Of a stretch of DNA of 64,000 bases, positions 22,214 to 35,063 are shown in pieces (position 1 is the stretch's first letter; each line of letters begins with the position of its first letter). The translations under genes were made by a program, and so were the position numbers. Source of the DNA: Anthoceros angustus (lineage: Eukaryota > Plantae > Anthocerotophyta); contig MU008161.1 of NCBI GenBank assembly GCA_010909165.1, forward strand, positions 1,922,001-1,986,000. The letters are read 5' to 3'. Below the pieces are notes generated by a model, which was given only the letters and a program-made list of their open reading frames with translations, had not been told where the DNA came from and did not search any database.

Positions 22214-22942
22214 CATTATCAAGTACTCTCATCTAGTCGAACTCACACGTTATAGGTAGGAGTGAAGAAATTTGCAGTTCAGTATTTATGGAATATAAAT
22301 TATTTTATATAACTTTAATAATTAACTTATATAATTAATTTTACTGTCTTTCATAGAACTTGAGGAAGTATTATTAGTAGCTCTCCATAACCCATTTGAA
22401 AAGCATATTATTGCCAGTACAAAGTTCTTAGAGGTCTTCATGTATGAGACAAGGGAGAACAGTTTTCAACAAAAGCCTAACTACATGAGGAGTTTATCAA
22501 TAGAAAATAATAAAACTGGTATGACAGAGCTCTACAAAGTGGTGTTGATGGCAAGGAGTCAAGTGATATAATTTTATATTTTTTGTTCTAGTCTTTTTGT
22601 GTGATAAGTTATCATATTTTGTGATCTAAGTTGGTACAGATATATGGCAAAAGTCTGTGGATGAACTGCTTGTGTGACATCTCTGATACAACTTGCGTTT
22701 TGATGGATGTATTTCCTAGCAAGCTGATTGAAAGAGATGTCATTATTTTTGCTAAAAAATAGATGATATTATTGAATGGTAAAAGGGATGTGTTTATGCA
22801 TATAACTCGGTCTGAAAGTGACAGTGTTGAGAGGGAGAAAAAAGACTGGCTGTGTTTGTGTTGTTTCTGGCCTAGCGGATATTAGCTGACCTGTATCGTG
22901 TTGGTGCTGGCAGCACACCACTGTGAGCTTACATGAATCAAA

Positions 22943-25900
22943 ATGCAGCGATGCAGCAGCAGGCTCCATGCGTCCTGCAAGTCCCGTGCTCCGGTAGCTG
23001 GAATCTGCATCTTGTGTGGTTGCATTTGTTACATCAGTCGCTGGAATGCTTCGATTTCGTTAGCTGGTCTGAGATGTGGGAGGAATTCCGTCGTTCAGGG
23101 GTTTTGCAAGAGGCTTTTGAGCAGTGCGACAGGCCGTTCGGCTCTGGAGGAGTGGGAGATTAAAGCCACCAAGGAAGCTGGAGGCGAGCCGTGGGAGAAG
23201 CTGTCGTCTTCGTCTCCTGAGGTTTGATTGAAGATTTTTCTGGGTCTGATTTTGGGGCAGTTGAGGCTGGGAGTGAGGAGTGCAGGATGTGGGTTAAATT
23301 GTGTGATGGACGTGGGGAGGTGGCATGGTCATGTGAAGGGGATTCACATCAAGCCAGTGTATACGAAACACGATGTGCCAGATGGAGCAGATGAAATGCC
23401 CGGAGTGTGGCCGTACACCAGAGGGCCTTATGCCAGCATGTACACAAAGCATCCATGGACGATACGGCAGTATGCAGGTTTCAGGTGTGGAGGTCGTGTA
23501 CTGGAATTTTGTCTGGGCTGCTCATTTCATCCTGCCAGTTTGTCTTGATTAGGGTTCTCTTATGATTGACACGGATTCTGATTGCTGGATGATCTTTGTT
23601 GTAGCACGGCGGAAGAGTCAAATGCATTCTACCGGCGTAATTTGGCTGCTGGGCAGAAAGGATTGAGTGTAGCTTTCGATCTGGCTACACATCGGGGGTA
23701 GGCTGTCCGCATCAGTTTGTATGTTCAGCCAATGGTGGGTGTTTAGATGCAGGGGAACCGGAAGCTGATTGGGTTCTTGTTGCACTCAAAACCTGTACAG
23801 GTACGATTCAGACCATCCAAATGTTGTTGGCGATGTAGGCATGGCTGGTGTGGCGGTGGACTCTGTGGAAGACATGCGCCGCTTGTTTGAAGGGATTCCA
23901 CTTGACCAGATGAGCGTGTCCATGACCATGAATGGGGCTGTGCTCCCAATTATGGCATTCTACATTGTTGCAGCAGAAGAGCAAGGTCGTTGAGCCTCCC
24001 ATTTTTGTCTGCGTTGCCATGTGTTGACTGCTCGCTGTGCAAGGTTGCTTGTGCCTGACATGGTTCAATTCTATGGCAGGAGTACAGGCTAGCAAACTAT
24101 CTGGTACCATCCAAAATGATATTCTGAAGGAGTACATGGTTAGGAATACCTACATCTACCCACCCGCACCCTCTATGAGGATTGTGGGTGACATTATGGC
24201 ATATTGCTCCAAAAATATGCCACGGTTCAACTCGATTTCTGTTTCTGGATACCACATGCAGGAAGCTGGAGCAGACAGGTATGTTATCGGGGACATGGGG
24301 ACGGGGAGAGGGGGAGGGCTGATGCTGCTATCCGTAGTAGGGAGATATTTTCTCAGCTCGGCAGGCCTCTGATCCTGGCTGTGTGTGTGCAGCGCTGTGG
24401 AGCTGGCCTTCACCATTGCAGACGGATTGGAATACATCAGGTGTGGCCAGGCAGCTGGTTTATCAGTGGACCAGCTGGCCCCAAGAATCTCCTTCTTCTG
24501 GGCCATTGGGATGAACTTCTACTTGGAGGTTCGACTTGTGCAATCAGCCATGTTCGTTCATGTGCTTCCAGTGAACCTTACTGTTCACTAACTGCAGATT
24601 GCTAAAATGCGTGCTGGACGGCGGCTCTGGGCCAAGCTGGTCAAGGTTAGCACCAGTCTCTTGTTATTTGATGCGGTGGAAAGGAAAATGCCATCCTTAT
24701 CAATTGTGTACTCGGGTAAGCTGTCTTTGTGATGCTGATACCGGTGCTGTTTTGGCAGGAAAAGTTTAGTCCCAAGAATGAGAAGTCCATGATTCTACGA
24801 ACTCATTGCCAGGTGGTGACTTGATTGTGAGTGGAACTGAAGATAACTCAATTTGCTGCATTTATCCACAAGTAACTGCAGCTTCAACAGTAGCAGTGGC
24901 AACATGTGAATAATTGAACGTTCCTTTGAAGGGCAGCAGTAGATATAGTGGCTTTCTCACGGCGTATGTTGGTCTGTGAAGACATCTGGATATAGTCTCA
25001 CTGAGCAGGACCCCTTTAATAACGTGGTTCGGACAACAGTGGAAGCTATGGCAGCTGCATTGGGGGGAACACAGTCACTACACACGAACTCCTTTGATGA
25101 GGTATCTACAGATCTGTTTCCACGATGTGAACACAGCATCATATTCTTCTGTTGATCTCCTGTGTTCCTAGTATTCAGGCATTGGCCCTGCCATCAGAGT
25201 TGAGTGCCAGAATTGCACGTAACACGCAACTGATTCTTCAAGAAGAGACAGGTATCACAAAGGTCAGCTGACTTCTTTCGAAGACCTCTCTTGGAAAGCT
25301 TTTCACCCATCCTTCTTTCAGGACAGAGTATGGCGATAAAGTAACATGTGCTCCAATGGGATCGCCCTCGTGTTGCAGGTAGCAGATCCATGGGGTGGAT
25401 CATACATGATGGAGAGCCTAACATCTGAACTCGAGGCTAAAGCACTGGAAATCATTAAGGAAGTGGAGGATTCCGGTGGGATGACTAAAGCAATCGCTTC
25501 AGGCATGCCAAAACTGCGCATTGAAGAGTGTGCTGCTCGTAAGCAGGTATCACCTAACAGCAACCGCGAAATCACCAAGTCCAGTGCTTGGAGTGGTTAG
25601 CGAACTAACCCGTGATGATGTCTCCTGCTCAATCAGGCTCGTATAGACAGTGGGCAGGAAGTAGTCGTGGGTGTGAACAAATATCGACTAGAGAAAGAAG
25701 AAGTTGTGGACATTCGATCCATTGATAACAAAGCAGTTCTCCAGAGTCAGCTGCAGCAGTTGAAAGACATCCGCACATCACGGGACAATACCAGGTCTGT
25801 AAGATTAGAAATCGACCCTGTCATCTTCAGAGACTCTGTATTAAATATTTTGTTGGTTTCCCTGTTTCTGCACAGAGTGGAGACGGCCTTGAATGCTCTA

Positions 25901-26769
25901 ACGGAGGCAGCTACAAGCAGCAGCAACGAACCCAATCTGTTGGCTCTGGCAGTGGATGCAGCCAGAGCTCGCTGCACACTAGGAGAAATTTCACATGCTC
26001 TGGAGAAAGTTTGGGGACGCCATCGAGCTAACGACCAAGTAATCAGTGGAGCCTACAGGTTCATTCTCGTCTTACACAATGCAATTTCCTGTTCTACATT
26101 CGTCAACCCCTCCAAAATGACTGGTTTCTGGAATCTGCATATATCACAGTGGGGAGTACGGAGAAGGCAACGACTTCGCTCGTGCACGAGCACAGGTGGA
26201 AGAGTTTTCAAAACGGGCCGGTAGGCGTCCTCGTATTCTGATAGCCAAAATGGGTCAAGATGGGCACGACCGGGGAGCAAAGGTATGAACTAGATTATTC
26301 TGTTTCCTCTTTTTTCTCGGCAGTGTCGGGCATGTTTCATGCGTATGCAAATCTGTCGCTGCTGCAGGTGATTGCAACAGGGCTGGCGGATCTGGGTTTC
26401 GACGTGGATATCGGGCCTCTGTTCCAGACTCCAGCCACAGTTGCCAAGCAAGCCATGGAGGCAGATGTGCATGTTGTTGGCGTCAGTTCTCAAGCTGCAG
26501 GCCATCGAGTCCTGGTCCCCCAGCTCATCCAAGCTTTACAACAGGAAGGTGTTGGCGATATTGCCGTCATCGTTGGTGGCGTTATTCCTCCCCAGGACTA
26601 CAGCTTCCTTTTCCAGGCGGGAGTGGCATGTATCTTCGGTCCTGGGACAGTCATCCCTGTGGCCGCCATGGAGATTTTGTCCAAAATCAAGGTCCCTCTA
26701 GAAATGAAGGGAAGCGTGGACCTTGCAGACACCGTTGCTGCAAGACAGCGCGTCACTGGCAATGTTTAA
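22943..26769 (+). CDS. MUT: Methylmalonyl-CoA mutase (adenosylcobalamin-dependent), probably mitochondrial, many exons; start approximate
   Basis: Motifs [86 protein letters not shown] and the B12-binding [10 protein letters not shown] (26247-26276). Spliceosomal introns. The N-terminus is rich in Arg and Ser. Confidence 0.95.
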
Positions 26770-27177
26770 CAGATCATTTGTTCATTCCTCAACCCAAGAA
26801 CCTCGTCACATCGCCAAGGGTTGAGGGGGTAGTTCAGAAGTGAGAAGCAGAGCAACCATGTAGATACTTTACCACTGGGCTTGTTCAATTTCGTAGATGT
26901 GGGTTCAAGATCACCTACTCCCGGAGGATCTGTATTAAAGCTGTCTTACAATACAAGTCTAGTATCTCAGAGCTGGAAGGGAAGAGAAGACTGCACACGC
27001 AAGGTTGTTTTCCCCAAATGTTACAAGCAGCCCACCTGAGCTGACGATTTTCTCACCACGGCAAGATGCAATGCTAGTGGAGAACTACTTATGTCTGCTT
27101 CTAGAAATATCTTACGCAACAGGTTCACAAATAATAGCCACGATGTATCCCTACAACAGATTCTTCATCATACAGGT

Positions 27178-28806
27178 TCACGAAATCTTTCGTGACAAGT
27201 TCCTGTAGCCACTTCCCACGCATGAAAGGAGAACTGTCCCATTTCCTTGGTCGGGCCTGATGCTAAACTGCACACCGAGAAACGCCTTGATGTGCCGCAG
27301 AGTTCTAATCCCGTGCGGAGTTAACTTGCCCACTCGAACTTTGGAGACGTCTTCGGGACATAAAGCACATAGCAAAAATAACAAGCCCTGCATCGACAGC
27401 ACCCGATAGTCATTTCCGCGAGTCGCATACTATAGTTGGACAGGTACCAGTAACAGAGACCAAGCTTCGCCTCAACAGGGAGGGCAAGGTTGGAAAACGA
27501 ACCTGATGCGTCGAGTCCACAACGCCTCCTTGCCTGATTTCTTCAAGAAGAAGTCTTCCTGCCTTAGCCCCTATCTCTTCAGGCAGAACTACCCGCTTGC
27601 GATCAGCCAGTTCCTCGTCTCCAGCATCATTTGAATGGTCCGCAGCACAGTCAGCACTCAAGAGACATCCGCTGGTGGTCTCAGCAACCAGGGAAATTCC
27701 AAAGCCTGGTGACCTGAGGACACCACACGTAACGAGGTTATCCGGTTAGTATGATACCACCCGCAGGACCATTCCCCAGACAAGATGCATCCCGTTACTT
27801 ACTTTCCAGCATCCTGCCCTGAGACATGATCTGTGTAAATGTGGACAGCACGGATGAGATTTTTAAACTCTCCGCGAGCAGCATCCACCATTCTGTTCGA
27901 CATCTGGGGTGACACTCGTGTGGAATAAGCCACACCCCTTATTCTCTTGATCATGCCCTCATCTTCCAACCTCACTGCCTAAACCGAGGGCAAGAAATGG
28001 TAATCCATCAGCAACCATACGATACGAGCAGGAAGAAAGGTTATCAACAGCTTTGTCCCGACACCATGACCCTAAGCATGATCATCTCACCGTAAGCGTG
28101 GTTGAAACCACAGGAACTTTCAGCCTGACTTCTCCACCACCAGAAGGAGGGGCACCTCTAGTGACAATCGTAAGCTCAAGATCTTCCACCGGGACACCAA
28201 ATTGCCTCAGCATAGGCAGGGTGGTAGTCCTGAAGGTGTCCACACAAGGATCTTTCCAGTCATTGGTGACACCTAAAGTATGCCATAAGCCACTAAGATT
28301 TACGTTTCGGTGCAACAATCAAGCACAACAAAACCTCGGCAGCAAGCACAGAATCCAACCTTTTAAAGTAATGTGCAATGCAGACTTGCCGAACAGCCCC
28401 GTCACAATCAAGGGCTCCAGATAATAGCCAATCGCTCTACTGGTGCCACAATCATGAACCAAGCCCCTGCCACCCGTGAGAATGCCTGGTATGTACCTCA
28501 GCTTGGTTCCTGCCAAATCCAAACGGCTTCCCATTAGGAATTACTCTTCCCTTCCATCACAGCTCCGGCTAGGATAAACCAGAGACGCAGTATCTTCCTA
28601 CCCGTTTCGTTGATCTCCACGGTGCAGCCATTGCTGATCTTCTCTAGGAGGCGCAGAAAGGAGGCCTCATAGTCCCGCAGGCCAGGCGCAGAGTCGTTGG
28701 CCCGGATTTCGTCCACACGCAACGTGCTGCCAGCCAAGGTAGCCAGCAGCAGACGTTGCCGGAGATTCTGCGCCCCCTTCAACTTCAAAACATCGCCTCG
28801 ACCCAT
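27178..28806 (-). CDS. RCL1: RNA 3'-terminal phosphate cyclase-like protein (18S rRNA biogenesis), multi-exon
   Basis: LKGAQNLRQRLLLATL, PGLRDYEASFLRLLEKISNG..VEINETG, HDCGTSRAIGYYLEPL, RGAPPSGGGEV, GVVDSTHQ, LSCVGSGYRNLSRKIS*. Confidence 0.93.
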
Positions 28807-29699
28807 CGCCCTTGCTGTGATCAGCCACCTGCTGTCACCATCCCTGCTGCAGCTCCGGGCAGGGTTCAGGGTTTTTAACAACGGAACGTTTGTGCATTAG
28901 TAGAAGTTTGTATGTGCAGCCCGCCTCCCTAGTTTGGACTACCTATATATATACAGCGGCTCTATAGGTCCGATTTAGGGAGGTGGAATTTTTATCATTT
29001 TTTAATTAATTTTGAAATTTTAAAAATAAAGATTCAATTCACTAATATTTCCTTGCTTAGCTGCTCCAAAGCTAGCTTCCTCTCTAACCGGTATCAAAAC
29101 AATTTATTCTAATCAATTATAAATTTATTTTTTTATCATATTGTCCCAGGGTGGACTCGCATATCACTTCAAGATTGAAACGGTTAGATGGTTGACTCAA
29201 AGCCACCCGAATATATCATCTTTGTAAAATGTGGAGTCTAGAGGTACGAGAATGTCATTTTTGCAAAAGGATGTGGAATCAGACAGCATTTGTCACCTGC
29301 ATATGTCGCCTTCGCAAAGGATGTGGAATAAGAGGAACATTGTGTCTACTTCTACTCAATCTATAATGATATCATGAAAGATTCTAACATACTTTTCAAT
29401 GTGCTGGTTTTTCCATACGCAATTTGTTTTCTTTTTTGAATGCCGTACCTGCAGGATTATATCTAGAATAGGTTTAAGATTTACTGCACAGATTATTAAT
29501 CTCACAAATTTAATACAGGCGTGGCACTGCCCACCGTCAGGGAACTCTCCCAAGACCAGTGCCCATAGTCAGGGAGCTCTCCCAAGATGAAACTAAAGTA
29601 AAATATTTCATACATAGTTCCTCTACCAATTCCGATTCTGGGCTATGGTGGTTTATTGGCAAGGTTGGTGCTTGAATTTTTAGATCCCCTTCAAGCGAG

Positions 29700-29764
29700 G
29701 ACGGGGGGACTTTCCATGACGGGGGGACTTTCCATGACGGGGGGACTTTCCATGACGGGGGGAC
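29700..29764. repeat. 18-bp minisatellite, ~3.5 copies
   Basis: gacggggggactttccat repeated. Confidence 0.9.
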
Positions 29765-29850
29765 CTAAAATGACCTTTGAAGGAAAAGAAGGGAGGACCT
29801 GAAGGAGGAGGGAAAATCTATATTCGTTGAAACAAAAAATTCGTTTCATG

Positions 29851-30594
29851 TATGGCCTGTGCAGGTTTTGTTGGCAAACAATTATCCTTTAATATGCCCT
29901 ATGCACGTCTCGAACTTGTGACCTTCACTCTGTTCACATTGTTAATTTGCCTATTGTATGGCCTATGTATGGTTGATTTTATGATGGCCTGTGCTAAACA
30001 TTTGAACAAGCACATGCATCGCTGATGAGCTTTGGTATGCATGTCCGCCCGAACCATATATTCCGTATGGGTTCTAGCATACCATCAAGGATGACTCCTT
30101 CACCTCTAAATTCTTCTCCTTCTAAAATTCAAAGAAGGGATGAAATCAAGGTGTTTTGTCTCATGTCCGAGTGTGTCAGATGGTCCCAGTTGAACAGCTC
30201 AACTGACCCAGTTGTCAGTCCGAGTGTGTCAGATGGTCCCAGTTGAATAGCTCAATTGTCCCAGATGTTAGCCAGATCGTATGTTAAAACATTGCTTTGG
30301 TATGTATCTCACAAAGTTGTTTAGTTGAACATTATTCATGTCCGAACCATATTGCTCTTTATTTATTCTTCCCTTAGTTGAAAATTATTCATGTCCGAAC
30401 CACCGTTGCTCTTTATTTATTCTTCGCTTAGTTAAAAATTATTCAATGGAGAAACGAGAGCTGTGTTAATAATGTGAGCATTATACAAATGACGTGAAGG
30501 TCAAGTTCGGAAGATATGGTCCCATCTCACTTGGTTAGAACGTTGTGTTAACAATGTGAGCGCGCAAATGACGTGAAGGTCACAGGTTCGAAAC
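29851..30594. pseudogene. Cluster of degenerate tRNA-Ile-like relics (minus copy ~29896-29945; plus copies ~30458-30511 and ~30518-30594)
   Basis: 30518-30594 reads ggtcccat-ctcacttggttagaacgttgtgtt-aac-a-[insert]-acgtgaaggtcacaggttcgaaac, resembling the D arm, anticodon arm and T loop of plant cytosolic tRNA-Ile(AAT). No intact cloverleaf. Confidence 0.55.
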
Positions 30595-32466
30595 AACCTA
30601 CTTACAGGAAGGCGCGGCTATGCTCGGTCGGTCGCGTAGGCTCGCCAATGCCATGAGAGCATCTATTTAGCCATAAGGTGTGAGTGAGTCACCCCATCAC
30701 ACGCGGACAATGCTTGACGCAGATGGCAAAGATTCTGCTCTAGAATTGGATCCCACGGTAATGACAAATGGCGATAGTCGGTGGGGTCCTGCTGACAATT
30801 GCATCGAGCTCAGGGCCAGTCACAACCAGCCTTGGAGCAAAGCAAGCCACCTCGCCACCATCAGCTTTTATTGTGCGCGGAGCATTCCCAACGAGGCCAC
30901 ACACAACAGCTCCAGAATCCCCTGGGGGCCGGGAACTGAAAGAGAAGTGCATACAGGTTCACATCTGCACATAAAAGTAAGACCAGGTCTTCTTCGAGTC
31001 TGCTTCCTCGATGCCGTCTCAGATAAGTGCGCCGCGCTGTCCAAGATCATCTGAGCTGGCGGCACATGCATGCCATTGGCTGTGTGCCACAGTCTGCAAA
31101 CTCGTCGACGGAGAAGGTTCCAATGAGAAAACACCATAATTCATATAGTCTAGGTAATCAATTTGTCCGAAATACCACCCGCCAAGGTGTCATCTCCTTT
31201 CGTCTCCGGCATTCCGCTTCCCACGGTCTACGCCGTTAGCGACGATCGTAAAGGGGACGATGTCGAAACAAGCATTCCAATGTCGAGTTTCCTCCATGCG
31301 CTGTTGCTCATCCCGCCGCTACAGCGTCTCCCGACATGGCAATCGGAGGCTGCAGGTGGTCTCCCCTGGCTTCATACCGTCAAACCAGATCCACGACATT
31401 CGAACTCACATTCCATGGCTCCTCCCCGTCACAGGAACCTAACTTGTTGCATCACTCGATCAAGGCAGGTCACTCGACTATCCCTGCCTGAGCTGATGCT
31501 CGACTGCATCACAGGTACCACGCCGTTTCTCCCTTCCTTCAAGCCGGCAAAGACTGCACAAGCTAGCACAGTTTGAGCAAGCTTCCTCATTTCCGCAGTG
31601 CATGTTTTCTTCCAAAATTCAGATCCATCCGACAGATCGTCAGAGCTCCCTACAACGTTCTTGGATCCTCTGGCAAGCTTCTCTGACAGCATAAAACTCC
31701 TGCGGAAATCCTGCAACAACATCAACGCTTTCTCCCAACGTTAACGTCCATCAGCGAAGCTAAGCAGACAGAAAATCGCGCACCTCCTGCTAGGATTCCA
31801 AAATTGCTGCCGACCTGTTCCAAATTCTAATAACCGGATCCCCTTCACAGTCGTTGAATCCGGAAGTTCTGTCCACAACCTCCACTCCCAGTCCACACGC
31901 GTCCATCTCTAAACGGAGCTGCACGTCTCAAGAAGGTGCGAGACGCACACCGGATTTCACCTCGCCGGGGAAAAAAGAACGCCAACGGAAGCTCCTGTTC
32001 CCGCTTTACCGCAGGCGTTAGCAGCAAGGGGCGGTGACAGCAGTAAGAAGGCGTCCTCCGGGAAGTCCCGGGGAGCCGAGGAGAGCCGCGGTGAGTCGCG
32101 TTTGAGTCGAGAACTCGAGATTGAGACGCGTTTGAGTCGAGGCTGAGTCGAGGGGAGTGGATGACCCGAGTTAGGGTTAGGGTAGGGGGTAGAGTAAATC
32201 CGGATAAGGCAAAGGTAAAAAGGGAAACACCGGGCCGGGTGCAGCAAGAAAGGCCGGGAGCTAGATGACGAGCTTGTGTGGCCCGATGGCGGAGCGCGGC
32301 AGCTGCAGCCTAGATTATAAGCGCATGCAGCCTCCAGTTGCGCAGGCCGCCGCTGCTGCTGCCGGTGCTGGTGTTGGAGAGTGCGCAGCGCCGCGGGTCG
32401 TGAACCGCGAGTTGCCGCTCGATCTAACATCCTTGAGTTGAATCGTGCGATGCGCGGATGTCCCGA

Positions 32467-34435
32467 TGCTTAAATGCTTTCTGCGCCAATGGTCAGGCCA
32501 CTCCCGAACTCCAAGGTCGTTGCTCCAGGTGCAGAGGATTTCGCAGGGCAAGGCGCACCTCAACAGGGACTTCACCGTGCTCTTGATGGCCTTGTCGGCC
32601 TGCTGGGCTGGTGACGCCGACTTGGAGGAGGGGAATTTGGAAAAGCTCGAGCGGCAGCACTTCAAGTCCCGGCACCAGGCCCTGGTGTCGGGGCTGGCAT
32701 ACTGCGTCTCCTCCTGTTGCATGATCCTGCTCAACAAATTGGTGTTGTCGAATTATGATTTCGGGGCTGGAATATCGCTGCTTCTCTATCAGGTACCCTG
32801 CGGGCCAGGCTGCTTAGGACTGTCTGGAGGATGCGTGTGGTCAGGAGCCGAAATGGCATCGTGTCATGTCAGCATGCCAGATTTTGAACTGGCTGCGGAA
32901 TTTGGGTTTTGTTCTTGCAGAGCCTTATAAGTGTGCTGGCGGTCTCCTTGTTGCGGCTTACTGGAAGCATCAGTACAGAGCCGTTGACATGGAAGCTGGT
33001 ATACATATGGTTACCTGTGAATGTCATTTTTATGGGCATGCTCGTAACCAGCATCTTCAGGTATACTGCATTTTTTTCGTTTCAGCCTTTCTGATAGTTT
33101 GCGTAAGGTTCTTTGGTTATGCTAGTCCACTGAAGTGTATGACGTGCAGCCTGAGGCACATGAATGTGGCCATGGTGACAATTCTGAAGAACGTGACGAA
33201 TCTTATCACTGCGTTGGGAGAGATTTATTTTTTCAAGAAGCATCATTCCCTTCGTGTCTGGGGTGCCCTCTGCCTGATGGTATGTAGGTTTGGCATTTCT
33301 GTTGCATTTACCCATGCCTGTTGGCTGTTGAGCCCTCCCTCAAGTTGGTTCGAACTGGAAATTTGCATGCGATCAGCTTTCGGTTGAGTGTGGACGTCAG
33401 AGATGACTTCCACTGCATCCAACTTAATGCCGTTCTGTCGTGGTCTTCTTGGTGTGGTCGAGCAAATTGGTACTACTGGCTTTGGGTTTAACAATATGTT
33501 GTTGGATTGGTGTTTGAAGTATATGGTTATGCTTCCAATTGCAGGTTGTATCTGCAATCAGTGGAGGAGTGACAGACATCGCTTTTGATTCTGTAGGCTA
33601 CACTTGGCAAGTTTTCAATTGCTTCTTCACAGCAGGTTACTCGGTAATAAGACGCCTCATAGAAACCCTGATATGCAGGCACCCATGATCGGTTTCAGTG
33701 CATCATATTAACGTGACTGGTTCAGTGTCTAATTTATTTAGAATTGGTACTTGCAGCTGACATTAAGGAAGGTGATGGACACGGCTAAGCATGCCACGCT
33801 GAACGGCTCCTTAGACGAGTTCTCTATGGTCTTGCTGAACAATCTGCTATCCATTCCGCTTGGCCTTGTCCTAATGCTAGCCTTCAATGAGCCCGAATAT
33901 CTTTACACCTCGTGAGTATACTGATGCTTTCTGTCGGCTGTTTGCCGAATCTTCATACTGGTGGATGTGTTTCAGAACCATTTTCTGTGTATGCCATGGC
34001 AGGCCAGTGCTAAGGATCCCTTCCTTTTGGATGGTCGCAACTTTGAGTGGTTTGTTAGGACTTGCAATTAGCTTCACATCTATGTGGTTTCTGCACCAGA
34101 CGAGTCCTACAACCTACAGGTGAGCCGCATTATAGGATATGTTCTTGACTAACAGTGGTGGCTTGCCTTCATCACTTCTCTCTGACAGTTTCTTCACTTT
34201 GTGTCAGTTTGGTGGGCTCGTTGAACAAGATTCCTCTTTCCGTGGCCGGCATCATCCTCTTCCGCGCACCCACAACCATTGCCAACCTTCTCAGCATCCT
34301 TTTCGGTACAAGGCTTTCACAACGCTTTCAACATATCAGCTCTTTTCACGGCCCGAGAGCGCTTTTCATTATCTGTTTGCTGTTGCAGGCCTCTTTGCTG
34401 GCGTTCTATTTGCAAGAGCTAAAGTTCAATTTTGA
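32467..34435 (+). CDS. Golgi GDP-mannose transporter (GONST1/2-like), multi-exon; start codon uncertain
   Basis: SGLAYCVSSCCMILLNKLVLSNYDF, WLPVNVIFMGML, NVAMVTILKNVTN, SFTSMWFLHQTSPTTYSLVGSLNKIP (GxLNK GDP-sugar motif), ending ARAKVQF*. Confidence 0.9.
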
Positions 34436-35063
34436 AGCGATATCTCTCCATGGACTGGGAGATTTTGTCCATCTCCTGAGCCAGGTCGACCGGGAAGGTT
34501 CACAACCAGGACACGAATCTCGCTCTTGAGTAGCCTGTTCATCTGATGTACCCGACATTGTGCGGGTGACGAGTGCTAGATGATATTGCGGGAAACAAGA
34601 AGCCTTCGTTTCGCTGTGTAATTTAGCTTACTGAACTCGAGAATGACTGCCCGTTTTATACCGTTCTCCGTGTGCAGCGCTACCTGGCTCTAAACCCTAG
34701 ACTTCATCAGAGGAAGTATTCCTGATCGCCTCTTTACTTCAGGTTCTCATGTGTAGGCGTTTCGCGTCTCAGCCTGGAACAAACACGACGACCATGTCGG
34801 GGCCAGGGATTGAAGGTCCCGAGACGCCCGCAGCTGGCCTCAGCAAGGCCATGGCCGACGCATTTCTCCGTCTCTTTTCGGCGAAAGCTCCAGCTTAAGC
34901 ATCAAATACAAGGCCGCCAGCCTGAATGCCATCGTCTTCACCGCGGCCCTGAATTCCATCTTCTTCACCAAGATACAAATCTCTGATAGCAAGGAGACGT
35001 CGACAATGCTTTGACCAGGGGGCGTTTTCTGTGCCCTGCCCGAAATTTGGTTTGATTCTCGCC

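Noticed and set aside
22943-26769. Bacterial contamination as the source of the mutase
   Set aside because: It has numerous GT-AG introns and plant nuclear neighbours.
29700-29764. Three copies of GGGACTTTCC, the animal NF-kB consensus
   Set aside because: Plants lack NF-kB. It is a simple 18-bp minisatellite and the match is probably chance.
30680-32030. Short ORFs upstream of the GONST gene
   Set aside because: No recognisable motifs or consistent exon chain, so I cannot support a gene call.
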